Source: Octopus vulgaris (lineage: Eukaryota). Taken from it: a DNA stretch of 64,000 bases. The translations under genes were made by a program, and so were the position numbers. The DNA lies in NCBI GenBank assembly GCA_951406725.2, contig OX597837.1:11346001-11410000 (forward strand), given 5' to 3'. Below the pieces are notes generated by a model. That model made no database searches. It worked only from the letters and a program-made list of their open reading frames with translations, and was not told where the DNA came from. Of this stretch, positions 13,808-26,105 are shown one piece after another (the stretch's first letter is position 1; every line of letters begins with the position of its first letter).

Positions 13808-15037
13808 TAATTGCAAATAGTTATGAGGTAAGAACAAATGGAAACATAATGACTAATATAACTTTGATTATTCATTCAAGTACAGAAGACAACACTGAAC
13901 ATATTTCGCTCTTATTATGGCCTCCTCAGCGATTTATATACTTCAACATACCAAAGTAATGACGATGGAATTTCCAAGACCACATCTAATATTATTCACT
14001 GGTCGGAATATATAAATAAATTGAATTAATCTGCAACACCATCGATATGAAAAGGCAACTGTTAAGGTAGCAAAATGATTAGTAATATGGTTTACGAGGC
14101 TAAAATGGTCGAAGAGAGAACTTTTTATATTTTTCCATTAATGCGTCACAAAAATATTTGTTTAGTAATTGAAGGGGGAAATCAAGTGTGGAGAAAGAAA
14201 CCTTAGTTTTCTTTAAATATAATATAAAATTGTATGAAAGTAACCGTTTCCTTTTGTTTAACTTTTAATACTGTCTATTTGTGAACCATAGAGTTGTTGG
14301 TTATAGAATTCCTGTTGGACATCTGCTGTTTAACTGAGATTTCAACAGTGAGGTGTTTGTTCAGTCAGCCTTTGACAATTAGTATCTCGTCAGTGAAATA
14401 ATTCTTATGACGCTCGTTGGTAAAGAAATTCTTCTAAATTCTGTTAGTTGAGTGCTGGAAGGTCTCTCATCCAAAGTATGAGTTTTTTGACATCAATTGT
14501 TGAGAGACCCGACGCACACATGATCCGAGTGTACTGAATTTTATAAAAGAGAATCTTTGAATGCTCCGATTGAGGTTTTGACCCGAGTTCTGAAGGACAT
14601 TAGCTTGTAGTTTTTGTGTGTGGAGTGGGGTTCTGTTATAGAATTAAGCAGTCACCTTAGATTGTAGGAAGTTAATAGCTTTCCACGGCATCAGCTCCAT
14701 CAATTGAAATAATCCTAAAATCTTTCTTAAGGGCTTTGATAAGTTAATTGATTATGATTTGTAGGCATTTGCAGAGCCTAAACAAACATACTTCAAAATA
14801 GTTTGGGATTTGAATTTTGTAAAGGGTTACTCTTCCTTCGTCACATTTGCTTACAATTCTGTGCAACGCTCCAAGCCTTCTTTGCAGCATTATTAAATAT
14901 AGTAGAGAGATGTTTTGCCATCATAAGTCTGTTATCTATGGTTCACCTCATAATCCCAAGCTGTTTTACTAGGAAAGCTGGAAATACCAAAATGCAGTGG
15001 AATGCTTAATGAGCTTTACGGTTTGAAAACACAAATA

Positions 15038-15603
15038 TTGGGTTGTCCGGAAAGTTCGTGCCGATTTTTAAAGGAAAGAAAAATGTCAATAAATACTTGC
15101 CATTACATTTTTAATCAACCAAATATGAACCATTTTGTTACACAGTGCGTCTCCATCTTTCCTTTAACTTGAAAATATCCTCTTCCCAGAATTGAGGTGG
15201 TTTCATGGCAAAGAATTCATCAAGGTATCTTTTTACGTCATCTCAGGAATTGAAATTTTTACCATTAAGACTATTCTGCAGAGACCTGAATAAGTGGAAA
15301 TCCCAAGGAGCAATATCTGGTGAATATGGAGGGTGGGGTAACACATCGCAACCGAGCTGCAGCAATTTTTGTCCGGTTCCCAAAGCATCAAGTGCCAAAA
15401 ATGAACTTTCTTATTTTCCATTTTAAAGGGTTACAGAATTAACACAGGTTATAGGAACATAAACCTTCTTCCACGAAAAGATAGCTTAAACTGTGCTCTA
15501 AATGGAGGTGTAGTTAAATCCCATTTTATGGACTCAACCAATTTCTAAAATAAGTCGAAAGGTGAGCTACTATAAATCTGCACGAACTTTCCGGACAACC
15601 CAA
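15038..15603 (-). mobile_element. Internally deleted mariner transposon
   Basis: TIR ttgggttgtccggaaagttcgtg / cacgaactttccggacaacccaa; TA flanks; minus strand MENKKVHFW..//..DVLPHPPYSPDIAPWDFHLFRSLQN (mariner YSPDLAP motif) with stops. Confidence 0.93.
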
Positions 15604-15927
15604 TAGGAAAAACAAGGTGAGATGAGAAAAGCAAAGGAAGACGGAGGGGGCGATGGGCCACAAGCCCCAGAGCAAATGGTGTGCTCGGCCGCACCCACAG
15701 TGATGACTACGATGGCGTTGCCGTAGAGAATGACCAGTGACACACGCTGCAGCCACTCCACCTCGCGGGGGGTAGCTGGCAAGATCGATTTTTAGGCTAC
15801 TTGCTATATCTGTTTTTAGGTACCTTTCGATCTTATTGGCGCAGCAGTGTAAAGTCACCAACGAAGGTAATCAGTTAATTTTCTCAGACTTTGACCAAAT
15901 CATCTACGAAATCTGAGCACAAAAATG

Positions 15928-16358
15928 GGATCTTTTCGGTTTGAACGGCAGTTTTTTCTAGCGGTGTCATATGAAATTGTCACCAGTAATTATGACCCTA
16001 GAATCGATCTATTGCATTTCAATCTCTTTTAGGGTTAGGGTTAGTTAGGATTAGGGTTAGGGGTAGAGGAAGGGTATCTTTTTTTTTTCAGAAATGTAAA
16101 TAAACCCAATGTTTCTTAAACGAGGGACATATTCATACGGCACAGAATGCTTTTTAACTCAATAGACGTCAGTGATTGGTTGAAATTGCAGAAATTGAAG
16201 AAAAAAAATAACAAATATCTTACAAACAATAGAATTTTCTCAATAAAGCCAAGAAAAAAAGATGTTTTATAAACACATTCTACCAGTATACGAAGTTTAA
16301 ATTTTTTTAGTTACGTGGAAATTATTTTTAAAAACTGCCGTTCAAACCGAAAAGATCC
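15928..16358. mobile_element. MITE with ~30-bp TIRs and an internal TTAGGG-like tract
   Basis: TIR ggatcttttcggtttgaacggcagtttttt / aaaaaactgccgttcaaaccgaaaagatcc; ~8-bp TSD caaaaatg / aaaaaatg. Confidence 0.9.
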
Positions 16359-16904
16359 AAAAAATGGCTCTAATATTGAGCTTGGTGAAACATGCATTTA
16401 GAAGTGTTCAAATTAAGGTAGCTTTAAAAAAAATGTTGCTCAATGAGAAGTATGAAATAAAGTATGTTTAGAATCCATTTATCTAAATTCCCAGCGCTTG
16501 CATCAGAAACTATTATCTCCAACGTTACAGCTGACGATATTTTATTATCTTGTTAAAAGTTATCTGTTCTATCTCTGTGGTAGATAGCATGATTCAATAA
16601 AACACTGGAGCAACAGAATGCATTAGACTCCACCTTCAGGTGAACAGACTAAAAGAAATAATAAACATTATATAACATTTAATTTTGACTTCCGCTAAGT
16701 CTATCGAGATGAAGAGAAAATATATCTTGATAGAGCTTAATGTCAGACAAGAACAGAACGTATATACGAGTAGGTGTGTATGTAATGTGTGCGTATGTGT
16801 GTGAGCGTGTGTGCGTGTGCAGGTTTGTGTGGCCACATACACCCACACACGCGTTTACACCCACACACACAGACACATATATGGAAATATCTACATATGA
16901 ATAT

Positions 16905-17081
16905 ACCGGAGTAAACACATAAATGTGAAACAAGGTGGGAAAAAGAGTACTCAAATACCAGAGGTAGAGTAATATGATTTATTTAAAGCAGCAGAAAATT
17001 CAACAAAACCTGTTACTCTAAGTTTCCCGTTGCCGTTCATCAGACAGTTTTTGCTATGAACGGCAACAGGAAACTCAGAGT
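16905..17081 (-). mobile_element. PLE-like terminal repeat with hammerhead-like motif and short fold-back
   Basis: Reverse complement aactgt-CTGATGA-acggcaacgg-GAAA-ctt-agagt; arms 17015-17040 / 17056-17081; same family at 49541-49733 and 54868-54945. Confidence 0.65.
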
Positions 17082-17171
17082 TCCATATGAATATATGTAT
17101 ACATACAAACAGATGTATACAAAAATGTGTGTATATAGATATATGCACGCCCCCTACACACACACACATGT

Positions 17172-17392
17172 TCGACGTGGTGCTGAAACATTCCTGGCTT
17201 AAGGGTATCGCGAAAAGCTTTGTCGGAGGCCCAAACTTCCGAGTTCTTTCGCTTAGAGTTTACAAAAACTGAAGGACCGCTGCAATAAGTGTGTGAATTT
17301 GAGAAGGGAATATATTGAATGAAGTCACTATTAACTCACCCTTCTGTATGTTCTCCTACCCAAAAGCAGGACCTTTTGAGCCCCTCCCCGTA
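17172..17392 (+). mobile_element. Decayed mariner-derived MITE
   Basis: Degenerate TIRs (gtgctgaaacattcctggctt / aaagcaggaccttttgagccc); LKDRCNKCVNLRREYIE* resembles the mariner C-terminus. Confidence 0.6.
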
Positions 17393-17407
17393 TACATATA
17401 CATATAG

Positions 17408-17684
17408 CTCCTTCCCCCAAAATTTCGGGCCTTGTACCTAGAGTAGAAAAGGATATTATGCAAGACATAAGGCGGCGAGCTGGCAGAAACGTTAGCGCGC
17501 CGGGCGAAAAGCTTGACGGAATTTCGTCTGGCTTTACGTTCTGAGTTCAAATTCCACCAAGGTCGACTTTGCCTTTCATCCTTTCGGGGTCGACAAATTA
17601 AGTACCAGTTGCGTAGTGGGGTTGACCTAATCGACTGGCCACCTTCCTCAAAATTTCAGGCTTTATGCCTAGAGTAGAAAAGGA
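17408..17684 (+). mobile_element. tRNA-derived SINE family B (17471-17684) preceded by a truncated tail copy
   Basis: ggcggcgagctggcagaa (A box), gagttcaaattcc (B box), gtcgactttgcctttcatcctttcggggtcga core; tail aaatttc.ggccttgt.cctagagtagaaaagga. Confidence 0.88.
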
Positions 17685-18181
17685 AAGGATAACATTGCAT
17701 CCAAGGGGTCAATAACGTAGCTAATGTTTTTGGCATTACAGACATTTATTGTCTGCTTATGTTTTCTGCTTATTCGGTTGATATATAATTCCTTGGAATT
17801 GTGATATAATATTCACCTTGAGATGTTATAAACTTCCTGACCAATTATGTACGAGACGAAATAAAATAGTATATTCCTTCTATGGCTTCTGTTTTACGTT
17901 TCAAGCACGCGTGCGAAAAAAAGTAAAGAATAGTAATAAATAGTCATATAAGATGGTTTCAAATTGTCTTGGTATTAGGTTAAGAAATTGTAATGTTCCA
18001 CGGGGAGAGAGAGAGAGAGTGAAAGGGAGAGAGAGACGACAGACAGAGCGGAAGAGAAAGAGAGAGAGGGGAATGGAGAACAATACATACAGATATATAT
18101 AGATAGATATACATACGCACACAGACGCACACACGTGTGCACGAACGCACGCACACACATATGTACATATATATGTATACA

Positions 18182-18247
<66 letters not shown>

Positions 18248-18337
18248 GAAATGAGGTAATCAGAAGATCGGATGGTTTATATTTACAGATATTTATTTAT
18301 ATATTACATTTTTTACATATATATCATATCATTTAGA

Positions 18338-18378
18338 TCATTAGCGCTTTCTCCCATTCTAGTGGGGTTTTCAAATCA
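18338..18378 (-). ncRNA. Minimal hammerhead ribozyme, U3:A8 core variant, in a PLE-like terminus (18243-18430) abutting (TA)n
   Basis: Reverse complement tgat-TTGAAAA-c-ccca(ctagaa)tggg-a-GAAA-GCGC-TA-atga; stem I has one mismatch. Confidence 0.6.
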
Positions 18379-18772
18379 AAATAATTCCTTTGTGGGGAAT
18401 TTTAATCATTTTATAGAGTTTCGTAGTGGTGGGGAGGAACAAGACAGCACAAGAGGGTGAGGAGGATGAGGGGAAAGTGAGAGAGAGAACATGTGTGTAT
18501 GTGTATGTGTATGTATATGTGTGTGTGTGTGTGCGCGCGTTTGTATCTCAGGCGAGTGCTAAAGAGAAAGAGGGGAAGGGAGAGGGAAGAAGAAGGAAAG
18601 AATTTCCTTTGGTCTGCTGGACAGAACATCGACTCCAAGGAGGTTCTAAGAATTTCAGCTTTGACCACTTCAGTGTCACTGAGTGTGCGGTGGTGGGGAG
18701 GCAGGCTATAAATTACACCTCCTTTTATCATTGTGGGGATGATCAAATGCTGTTTGGGGCTTAATAATTCTT

Positions 18773-18830
<58 letters not shown>

Positions 18831-18839
18831 TATATGTAT

Positions 18840-18872
<33 letters not shown>

Positions 18873-18880
18873 TATATATA

Positions 18881-19175
18881 TATTGTTGTATTTCGGGACG
18901 GTCATTTTTTTTGCCAAATAAACACACGCACTATATTATTTTTTTCGCTCGTTTACTACTGTTCTTACTTTATCATTTTAACTCAAGTCCATTGTCCGGA
19001 AGTCTTTTTCTCTTGGACATGAGTTAAAATAATAAAACAAGAAAAGTAGTAATAAACGAGTGAAGAAAAAAAATATAGTGCGTGTGTTTATTTGGCAAAG
19101 AAAATGACCGTCCCGAAATACAACAATATCTGTTTCAACACACGATTTCACATCAGGAATCTTGCAAAACGAATT
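18881..19175 (+). mobile_element. PLE-like fold-back insertion in (TA)n
   Basis: Inverted arms ~18881-18984 / 19020-19129; ATG at 19104 starts MTVPKYNNICFNTRFHIRNLAKRI, running into (TA)n. Confidence 0.75.
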
Positions 19176-20328
19176 TATATATATATATATATACACGTGC
19201 GTGTGTGCAATATATTTCTGCGCTTGAGATTATGGAGTGCATCTATATTTAAGTATATATATTTAAGTATATATACGTACAAACATACAAAATGTTTACA
19301 TATGAGCATAAGAACATACACACACAGTGACATACGAACATGCATACATACATACGTACTTGCAATCAAATGTATTATGCTATACTCATACGAGTGTATA
19401 TGTATATACAACTATTTGAAGTTCTTTAATTACAGGAAGACTTTATAGTATTGTAAAGCTCAGCTCCACGCGTATGATACGTACTGAGGCGTACAACTGT
19501 ACGCTGTGTGTGTGCGCGTATGTATATATGTATGTATGTATGTATGTATATATATATATCTATATATGTATTATGTACGTATGTACGTAGATACATACAT
19601 GTATGCAAGCATGCATACATATATACTTACATACAAAATACATGTATACATACATACAAACACTTACATGCATGCATGCACTTTCATGCCCACACATGTT
19701 TAAAGGGTAGAAATTATATGAAATTTTCTGCACGGGTATGAACATATATGCTTGCAAGTGAGTGTTTGAAGGAGAGGACTATCATATCATATATTATATC
19801 ATATTATATTATATCATATCATATTATATTATATTATATATAAAAGCTAATTGCCTGTCCTGCTTCTAATAAAAATAATTACTGATTACCCCCACAAAAA
19901 TTCATTTCCTTTTCGGTTCATTTACAAAAGATTCTTCCTTCTATTAACATGGAATGAAAACTTATTATAATGATATGAAAATGTAACATTATCACTCATA
20001 TTACGCTTTATACTGACTTCACGGTTTACGGAAAATGACCCATTTATTAAGTTCTAGCACTGGTTGTAAGTATTTCTATGGCCAAGTGAAATCTTTACAT
20101 ATATACACATGCACACACGCATACACACGCTTATGTATGTATGTATATGTACATGTATATGTATATATGTGTGTGTGTGTATGTAAGTAAGTATTTCTAT
20201 AATATCGTAAAACACACACACACTCAATTATATATATATGTGGTTTTGACCCTTCTGTCCGGCACTAGTCGCCATGATATATCGTTAGCCACTACACACA
20301 TTTTTTTCTCTCCTTATTTTCTGTGTCC

Positions 20329-20364
20329 CTTTCTGTAGAAGAGCGTAGGCTCGAAACGTAAAAG
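20329..20364 (+). ncRNA. Minimal hammerhead-like ribozyme (A6U core) in a PLE terminus (~20280-20455) abutting (TA)n
   Basis: cttt-CTGTAGA-a-gagc(gtag)gctc-GAAA-CG-TA-aaag; predicted cut after 20360. Confidence 0.7.
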
Positions 20365-20470
20365 ACTTTTTCTATTCCAGAGCGTTATACTAATACATCT
20401 GTTTGTTTTGTACACCACCTGTCTTCGTCTTTTGTCTTTTTCGTAAACTCTCCCTATATATATATATATG

Positions 20471-20510
<40 letters not shown>

Positions 20511-21004
20511 AACTTGATGCCTGCAAACTTCCTACACTTGGATATATGGATCATACAATTGCATAACGATGTGTGTGTGTTTGCGTGTTTGTACACAGAT
20601 ATATGTAATTTATGCATACATGCACGCACACCGTGTTTCTGTATGACTCGGTTTAATCCATTTTGAAGTTGCATAAACCGATTCCACCAAAGTGTCTTTG
20701 GTTAACTGGTTGCTATATTTGTGTATATCTTATGTGATTCTAATAACAAAAGCATTTCCTTTTCCATTTTCCAGTGAACTTCCAGTGGAAAATAGCTTCG
20801 AATTCAAACGCACGAAAGAAATAGACAATAAGAATTAGCAAAACAAAGCAATAAAACAAACAAACAATAACACCAATAACAAAAGGCAAATCTAGATAAA
20901 CCAAGATATAACATTTAGGTAGATATTTTTGTTTTCTATAATCAAAGGTCAAATAAGTACGCGATCAATGAAGACGCCTGATGATAGGAATGTTGAACTT
21001 TGTG

Positions 21005-21210
21005 ATAATATCCTTCCAGCACCAGAACTGAAATTTCGTGGGAAGGATGTAAAACGATTTGATCGATCTCAGTACTCAACTGGTATTTATTTCATCGATC
21101 CTGGAAGGAGAAAAGGCAGCGTCGACCGCGGGCATATTTGAACGGGAAGACGGATGAAATTCCTCTGAGCATTTCACCCAGCATGCTAACAATTCTGCCA
21201 GCTCAGCGCC
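21005..21210 (-). mobile_element. SINE family B, degenerate
   Basis: atgctaacaattctgccagctcagcgcc head; aaggcagcgtcgacc core. Confidence 0.75.
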
Positions 21211-21223
21211 TTTCGTCACCTTC

Positions 21224-21304
<81 letters not shown>

Positions 21305-21305
<1 letters not shown>

Positions 21306-21642
21306 GTGGGGGAGCATCATAGCCATGTGTTGAGAGGGATTCTTTGGGGTTTGAATGATTCACCTCTGGAAACATGGGTGTTTCATTCAACATCTTTAAA
21401 CAACCCTTAATCAGGGACCTTTTGAGTGGGATGGGTTACCCGACCAGAAGAAAATTCTAACTGGGCCCCATCTGCAAGGTCATGCACTGTTTATCTTGAT
21501 ATGAGATCACCATGTCGCGCACATATGGTTGTGATGCATGTGCCTGGTGTACCCTTATCAGACGGGTAGTCATGATGGATATACTGGGCTTCGTATATTT
21601 TACCCCAGTGTCACTTTGATATCATGCACTGCTCCCTCACTC
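21305..21642 (+). mobile_element. Repeat family D, 5'-truncated, inside (AAT)n
   Basis: Closely matches 22970-23312; (AAT)n on both sides. Confidence 0.9.
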
Positions 21643-21673
21643 AATAATAATAATAATGATAATAATGATGATG

Positions 21674-21742
<69 letters not shown>

Positions 21743-21745
<3 letters not shown>

Positions 21746-22030
21746 GAGGTAACCAGAATGTGGAATCTAAAAACAGAAACAATTCCTATCATAGTAGGTG
21801 CATTAGGTATGATAAAAAATATTCAGACAAATACATAACAAAAACACCAGGACTTACAAACACATATAACATACAGAAAATTGCACTACTAGGCACTGCA
21901 CACATCCTACGCAGAACACTTTCCATACAATAACCATCAGATCATCACAACAAATCACAGCACATACCCAAGGCACACAGAGCTGCGCTCGGTAGTGAAG
22001 TGAAAGCACGCTATAAAAATAAAACTACTG
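21743..22030 (+). mobile_element. Dong/R4-clade non-LTR retrotransposon 3' end (restriction-like endonuclease C-terminus and 3' UTR) in (AAT)n
   Basis: IEVTRMWNLKTETIPIIVGALGMIK / KYSDKYITKTPGLTNTYNIQKIALLGTAHILRRTLSIQ* with one frameshift; (AAT)n on both sides. Confidence 0.85.
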
Positions 22031-22046
22031 AATAATAATAATAATG

Positions 22047-22119
<73 letters not shown>

Positions 22120-22121
<2 letters not shown>

Positions 22122-22675
22122 CGATAGCAGTGGGTATTTTATTAGCTGAACGATATTTCGACAGCAATTAAACAAAAGATTTAATGGACACAGATTTGAC
22201 GTCAGGTACAATAACAGCAATCCGACAGACGTTGCCGAACATTTCGCTTCAAACGGCTGCAGTTTTGAAAAAGGACTTGAAAGTGCAGATTCTCAGAAAA
22301 TATTCCGAATCTACTTCACTTTCACTTTCACTTCTCAGAATGCACGAGGAGAAATCTGTTTGCGGCTTATTAACATCACGCACTGGAAGAATGGATTAAA
22401 TGACAGGAGAATATCATCAAATTTACACAAAACTGTTCAAGTATTCTTTTTTCTTTCCTCTTTTTTCCTGTCTTTCTTTTCGCCTGTTATGAAAATTGAA
22501 ACTTAAAGTCTGATGACGTCATTCCATCAACGTGTGGACGCTGGTTGCTTTCGTTCATACTTTAGATCTGGATTTCTATAATTTTGAATTTTTATCATTT
22601 CTAAATTTGAGCTCGACAAGGATAGGCTAACTGTCGAAATATCGTTCAACCCACACAATATCTATTGCTATCGCA
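22120..22675 (+). mobile_element. Penelope-like element 3' end: GIY-YIG C-terminus, two hammerhead-like motifs, inverted 5' piece
   Basis: QLNKRFNGHRFDVRY..DVAEHF..DLKVQIL..HEEK..GLN with frameshifts; 22120-22164 is an inverted copy of 22631-22675; hammerhead-like motifs at 22505-22551 and 22607-22649. Confidence 0.85.
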
Positions 22676-22755
22676 ACGCGCTCTTCATCTTTTCCAATAA
22701 CGATGTTAACGATGATGATGATGATGATGATGATGATGACTAAAATGATGATATA

Positions 22756-23312
22756 CCCTGATGCAGTGCCAAGCACTGGCTCTCGTGGCTTCTGATCTTA
22801 ACCGATTGGAAGTGTTATCATGTACATTGTTTTGTCTTGGTATAAAAGATGGGCTACAGCAAATATTCTGCTCAATACCACAGATTTGCTTGTCAGTTGT
22901 TTGACTTTAACCAGTGGAGCATGTCCCTTAGTGGCTGACGATATGTGCATCTCTGAACACAAGCAGAAGTAGTGGGGGAGCATCATAGCCATGTTTTGAG
23001 AGGAATTCTTGGAGGTTTGAATAATTCACCTCTGGAAACATGGGTGTTTCATTTAACATCCCTAAACCAACATTATTCAGGGACCTTTTCTGTAAGATGG
23101 GCTACTCAACCTGAAGAAAATCCTGACTGGGCCCCACCTGCAAGGTGATGCACTGTTTATCTTGATATGAGATCACCATGTCGCGCACATATGGTTGTGA
23201 TGCATGTGCCTGGTGTACCCTTATCAGACGGGTAGTCATGATGGGTATACTGGGCTTCGTATATTTTACCCCAGTGTCATTTCGGTTTGATAGCATGCAC
23301 TACTTTCCAACT
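22756..23312 (+). mobile_element. Repeat family D, longest copy, between (GAT)n and (AAC/AAT)n
   Basis: Three copies in the window; no recognisable ORF, TIR or tRNA head. Confidence 0.9.
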
Positions 23313-23411
23313 AAAAAACAACAACAACAACAACAATAATAATAATAATGCGTAAAAAATAAAATGGAGGAGACATACACACACATACATATATTATTTT
23401 AAATACAGTTA

Positions 23412-23745
23412 CGTATGTATGTATGTATGTATGTATGTATGTATGTATGTATGTATGTATGTATGTATGTATGTACGTATGTATTTATGTATGTATGCAT
23501 GTATGTATGTATGTATGTATGTATGTATGCATGCATGTATGTATGCATGTATGTAAGTATGTATGTATGTATGTATGTAGGTATGTATTTATGCATGTAT
23601 GTATGTATTTATGTATGTATGTATGTATGTATGTATGTATGTATGTATGTATTATGTATGTATATATGTATTTATGTATGTATGTATGTATGTATGCATG
23701 TAATTATCTATCTATCTATCTGTCTATCTATCTATCTGTCTACCG

Positions 23746-23819
<74 letters not shown>

Positions 23820-23820
23820 A
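23412..23820. repeat. (TATG)n followed by (TCTA)n microsatellite
   Basis: Read directly. Confidence 0.97.
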
Positions 23821-24088
23821 TGTACACACACACACACACCCTCTCTCACCCGTAATTAGTGTGTATTTATTACGGCCGAGCAGAGTACCTGCTTGGTTCG
23901 TGTCTCATGACTTGTTTCTCATTTAGCAACTTTTTGTGTTACTCCTTTCGTTTTTCTTTCGTATTGGGTGTAATATATACCACATATACACATAGCTATT
24001 CATGCACACGCGCGCACCTACGCGCACAGGCACATACACACACACACAAGCACATATACATATTTGTATATGCATATATATGTATATG

Positions 24089-24141
<53 letters not shown>

Positions 24142-24244
24142 GTGTGTGTGTGCGTGTATATATATGTGTATATATATATATAGTGAACGTCCACGTATGC
24201 TCGTACGTATGTGCACACGTACATACATACATACGTTCATACAT

Positions 24245-24276
<32 letters not shown>

Positions 24277-24278
24277 GT

Positions 24279-24371
<93 letters not shown>

Positions 24372-24565
24372 CATATATATGTATATATATATATATATAT
24401 ATATGCGGGTATGTACGTATGTATGTGTGCACGTGCGTACGAGGTATACGTGGACGTTTATGTATACCTAAGCTAACATCTTCTGCGAGTGGGTGTATGC
24501 TTGTGCACGCCTGTATGTGTGTATGTATTCGCATCTGGACGTATATACGTGCGTGCGTGGTTGCA

Positions 24566-24608
<43 letters not shown>

Positions 24609-24834
24609 ATTTCTGAATGGATGTCGGCGTGTGCATGTGTTTATCCTCGGTTTATTAGCGCATGCGCGTGAGTATGTGAGTGTGTGTGTGTGCGTGCGTG
24701 CGTGTGTATGTGTGTGTGTGTGTATACATGCCATGAATACAGAGGCATTCAAGAATTTGTGTGAGAATCAGGAGGTCTTTAATAAATTCTACAGTAGAAT
24801 GGTGTCTAATTAACGATTAGAAATTTTGGCAAAG

Positions 24835-26105
24835 GTAATGGTGGTGATAATGATGATGATGATGATGGTAGTGGTGGCAGGGGTGGTGGTGTTGGTGGTG
24901 GTTCTATTGGAGGTGGTTGTAGTGAGAGCATTGATGTTGGTGGTAGTAGTAGTGGTGGTGATGGTTATGGTTATGGTTGCAGTGGTGATGGTGGTGGTGG
25001 TATCGGTGCTGCTGACGGTGATGATGGTAGTGGCAGTGGTGTTGGGTTGGTGTATATATTGTTGATGGTGATAATGGCGGTGGTGGTTGTGGTGGTGGTG
25101 ATGGTTGCGGCGGTGGTTGTGGCGGAGGTGGTTGTGGTAGTGGCGGTAGTTGTGGTGGATGTGGTTGTGGTAATGGTGATGATTGTGGTGGTGGTTGTGG
25201 TGGAGGTGGTGGTGGTAGTGTTGGAGGTTGTGGTGGTAGTGTTGGAGGTGGTGGTGGTTGTGGTGGAGGTGGTGGTGGTAGTGTTGGAGGTGGTGGTGGT
25301 TGTGGTGGAGGTGGTGGTGGTAGTGTTGGAGGTGGTGGTGGTTGTGGTGGAGGTGGTTGTAGTTGCGGTGGAGGTGGTGGTGATGATGCAGGTGATTATG
25401 GTGGTATCGGTGGTGATGGCCATGCCACTGATACAGTCGTTGATAATTATAACACACAATGGTAACTGATGGTGATTGATTGCAACTATTCAGGAGGAAT
25501 CGCGAAACACGTGAAAGACTTAATGTCCTCGATGGCAGTTGGGGGCAGGGAAGGGCGTGACATTTGCGATGTTAGCTACGTGAAACGGTTTTTGCTGGTG
25601 GTGGTGGTGGTGGTGGTGGGGGGTGGTGGTGGTTGTGGGGGGGGGGTGGGGGTGGTTGTGGTGGTTGTGGGGGTGGTGGTGGTGGTGGTGGTGGTGGTGG
25701 TGGTGGTGGTGGTGGTGGTGGTGGTGGTGGTGGTGGTTGTGGTGGTGGTGGTTGTGGTTGTGGTGGTTGTGGTGGGTGGGTGGTGGTGGTGGTGGTGGTG
25801 GTGGTGGTGGTGGTGGTGGTGGTGGTGGTGGTGGTTGTGGTTGTGGTGGTTGTGGTGGTGGTGGTGGTGGTGGTGGTGGTGGTGGTGGTGGTGGTGGTGG
25901 TGGTGGTGGTGGTGGTGGTGGTGGTGGTGGTGGTTGTGGTTGTGGTGGTTGTGGTGGTGATGGTGGTGGTGGTGGTGGTGGTGGTGGTTGTGATGACGGT
26001 GGTGGTGGTGGGGATGCTGGTGGTGGTGGCGGTGGCGGTGGCGGCGGCGGTGGTGGTGGGGCTGGCGGTGGCGGTGGCGGTGGCGGCGGCGGTGGTGGTG
26101 GTGTT
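24835..26105. repeat. Two degenerate (GGT)n tracts; ~42-bp higher-order unit at ~25185-25360
   Basis: Read directly; source of the poly-V/G/W/T/H ORFs. Confidence 0.95.

Noticed and set aside
14240-15010. Possible decayed coding or retroelement sequence on the minus strand
   Set aside because: Many stops and no motif I could assign
16029-16066. Telomere or chromosome-fusion scar
   Set aside because: Short, degenerate and enclosed within a MITE
21224-23350. CRISPR-like alternation of repeats and unique spacers
   Set aside because: The repeats are variable-length microsatellites, the spacers are 300-550-bp transposon fragments, there are no cas genes, and the DNA is eukaryotic
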